Shown here one piece after another: positions 62,319 through 64,000 of a stretch of DNA of 64,000 bases; position 1 is the first letter of the stretch, and every line of letters starts with the position of its first letter. Made by a program: the position numbers and the translations under genes. Origin of the DNA: a bacterium (GTDB lineage: Bacteria > Desulfobacterota > Binatia > HRBIN30 > CADEER01); NCBI GenBank assembly GCA_031401035.1, contig JANNRA010000032.1, positions 59,472 through 123,471 on the forward strand. Direction: 5' to 3'. The notes beneath the pieces were generated by a model. The model saw only the letters and a list, made by a program, of their open reading frames with translations, did not search any database and was not told where the DNA came from.

Positions 62319-64000
62319 GTGAGGAAGGCATTCGGGGTGTTTGGACGGGCGGTGGGCGGCATCGCCGTCGCGTTGCTGACGGTGTTCGTCGGCGGCCCGG
62401 CGCCAGCGCACGATGGCACCGGCAAGGTGCGTGGCACCTGCGAGGTGACGAACCAGGCCGGCCGCGGCACGATGACCGTTGCGGTCGAAAACCTCTGGAG
62501 CGGCTCGATCACGGACATCACCCCGTCGGACCTCCTTGCGGGAGCGTCTGGCACCGCCACATTCTTCATACAGAGTTTCCCGCGCCCGGCACGTGAGATC
62601 CTGCCCGGCAAGAGGGCATCCTTCGACTGGCGCGGCCGCTTGTACGGCGATGGCTACCTCGATCTGTCGGTTGAGGTTTTCGCGGAGTTCGAAGACGGGC
62701 ACATCGAGTCGACCGGGATCGTCAACTGCAATCGCCTGGCCGTCGGCGACCCTGGCACCCAGCAGCCGCCCACCCCCACGCCGCAGAACCGCCCGACGAA
62801 CACGCCGGGCGTCAGCCAGCCGACGGCCACGAACACCGCCGCTCGGCCGACGCGCACGCCAGTTGAGTCGCGGCCGACGCGCACCACGCAGCTAGATCCA
62901 ACCTCGACGGCAACCGCCAACCGGCCTGCGGCGACGGCGACGCGCGTCCCGGCTACGCGGACCGCGACGGCGGCACGCCCGACACGGACTCCGATCGTGG
63001 GCCGCCCGACGCGTACGCCTGTGGTGGATCCGACGCGTACGCCGAGCCGCACTCAGCCTGTGCGCCCCTCGGCAACCGCAACCGCTACGCGGCCGCAGGC
63101 GACGCGCACTCCCGTGCAAGCACGTGCGACCCGCACCCAGGGGGGCAACCCGACTCCCCGGGCCACCCGCACCCCGGACAATGTGGCGCCGACAGCGACG
63201 CCGACCGGTGGTCAGTTGCCGACGGATGGGCTGGTGGCGAATTGCAGCCTGCGGCGCAATATCGACCTCGTAACGATCACCATGGTGGTCGAGAATCGTA
63301 CCCAGTTCGAGGTGCGGGGCCTCGGCGCCAGCCCACTCAGCCTGCAGCCCGAGGGAGGCTCGCTGTTCTTCGACCGTACGGGTCCGAGTCCCGGCTCGGT
63401 GCCTCTGCTGCGCCCCGGCGCCAGCGCGGCGTTCCAGTGGAACGGCCGTCTGAGCCCGGCAGGAACCATGGGGTTCAGCGCCACCGCTTCCGGCAATGGG
63501 CCAGGCGGAGCGTTCCGCACCGGCCTCGTGGACTGCGGCGTGACGGGCGCCGACGTGGCGAACTTCGACCCGTCGAGCTTCTCCGGCACGTGCTCGATCC
63601 GCCCAGGCGAGCAAGGGGGGATGACCCTCGAACTGCGTAACGGATCGCGCGAGACGCTCGAGAATGTCGAGGCGTTCTTCATTACCAAGACGACCACGGG
63701 CACGGCGACGATGCTCGAGTTGCGCGGTCCGGCACCACGCAACGTTCGCCAGCTGACACCAGGGGCGCGCAGGGAATTCGCCTTCGAAGCGCGCTTCCTC
63801 GGCAACGGCGAGGTCAAGATTCAGTTCGAGGGCAAGGGCTCGCGTGCGACATCCGCGCGTATATCGACCGGCAAGATCGAGTGTTCCGTCCAGCTCGGTA
63901 CGGCCGGCGGTGTGCTGCCTGACCTCGGCATCGACGAGGCCGACATGCAGGACTCGATGCTGATCGAAACGCGGAATTTCGCGCCTGACCATTGCGCCGT
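62319..64000 (+). CDS. Secreted repeat protein with a Pro/Thr/Arg-rich tandem-repeat linker; 3' end outside the window (not in the ORF track because no stop is reached)
   Basis: Frame-0 ORF, read manually: VRKAFGVFGRAVGGIAVALLTVFVGGPAPAHDG (signal peptide) ... about 25 copies of (R)PTRTP/ATRTP ... two C-terminal domains. GGGGGA lies 7 nt upstream of the GTG. GC3 is high. The three listed minus-strand ORFs across this region are antisense artefacts. Confidence 0.6.
   Translation, partial: MRKAFGVFGRAVGGIAVALLTVFVGGPAPAHDGTGKVRGTCEVTNQAGRGTMTVAVENLWSGSITDITPSDLLAGASGTATFFIQSFPRPAREILPGKRASFDWRGRLYGDGYLDLSVEVFAEFEDGHIESTGIVNCNRLAVGDPGTQQPPTPTPQNRPTNTPGVSQPTATNTAARPTRTPVESRPTRTTQLDPTSTATANRPAATATRVPATRTATAARPTRTPIVGRPTRTPVVDPTRTPSRTQPVRPSATATATRPQATRTPVQARATRTQGGNPTPRATRTPDNVAPTATPTGGQLPTDGLVANCSLRRNIDLVTITMVVENRTQFEVRGLGASPLSLQPEGGSLFFDRTGPSPGSVPLLRPGASAAFQWNGRLSPAGTMGFSATASGNGPGGAFRTGLVDCGVTGADVANFDPSSFSGTCSIRPGEQGGMTLELRNGSRETLENVEAFFITKTTTGTATMLELRGPAPRNVRQLTPGARREFAFEARFLGNGEVKIQFEGKGSRATSARISTGKIECSVQLGTAGGVLPDLGIDEADMQDSMLIETRNFAPDHCA
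62760..63200 (+). repeat. Imperfect tandem repeats of about 15-18 bp (CG[GC]CCGAC[GA]CG[CT]AC[GC]CC...) encoding the PTRTP linker
   Basis: Visible directly: cggccgacgcgcacgcca / cggccgacgcgcaccacg / cgcccgacacggactccg / cgcccgacgcgtacgcct / ccgacgcgtacgccg ... Confidence 0.5.

Overview
This is a 64-kb window from a high-GC (about 70%) bacterial chromosome. It is densely coding on both strands. Many genes use GTG starts and 4-nt start/stop overlaps (GTGA or ATGA), and the genome is rich in long spurious antisense ORFs. I found no rRNA, tRNA, CRISPR array or clear mobile element.

Recognisable housekeeping blocks, in order:
- lepA (3' end) and lepB
- a class-V aminotransferase gene divergent from glcDEF (glycolate oxidase)
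- aguB and aguA (agmatine to putrescine), an NADPH:F420 oxidoreductase (Fno/NpdG-like) gene and a GH36 alpha-galactosidase gene
- nadA and a MATE efflux pump gene
- a cytochrome c gene overlapping a class III nucleotidyl cyclase gene
- a minus-strand PTPS, small cytochrome c and pepA operon
- two acyl-CoA dehydrogenase pairs, and uvrD followed by a TusA-like gene
- folK, dapL, and a long minus-strand run argB-argD-argF-argG-argH-lipoprotein-dapF-dapA-dapB
- xerC-hslV-hslU
- a DUF35/SCP-x thiolase/enoyl-CoA hydratase set
- mdh-sucC, with no sucD following
- uvrB
- a 3'-truncated secreted protein gene with a Pro/Thr/Arg tandem-repeat linker

The less ordinary candidates are:
- A TetR-headed, translationally coupled minus-strand cluster (9590-15753): diiron oxygenase, SDR, luciferase-like (possibly F420-dependent) oxidoreductase, acyl-CoA synthetase and PAPS-type sulfotransferase. 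It looks like a lipid or small-molecule sulfation/modification pathway.
- A DinG/XPD-family Fe-S helicase with an N-terminal RadC-like JAB/JAMM domain.
- A four-gene coupled operon of a zincin-like HEXXH protein, a lysine-methyltransferase-like gene, a PolB-like 3'-5' exonuclease gene and uvrB.
- A perfect 48-bp palindrome centred in the 68-bp divergent spacer between the aminotransferase gene and glcD.
- An FG-GAP/VCBS repeat protein with a dockerin-like C-terminus.

The F420-linked enzymes and the DapL route are consistent with an F420-using high-GC lineage, but the taxon cannot be fixed from sequence alone.
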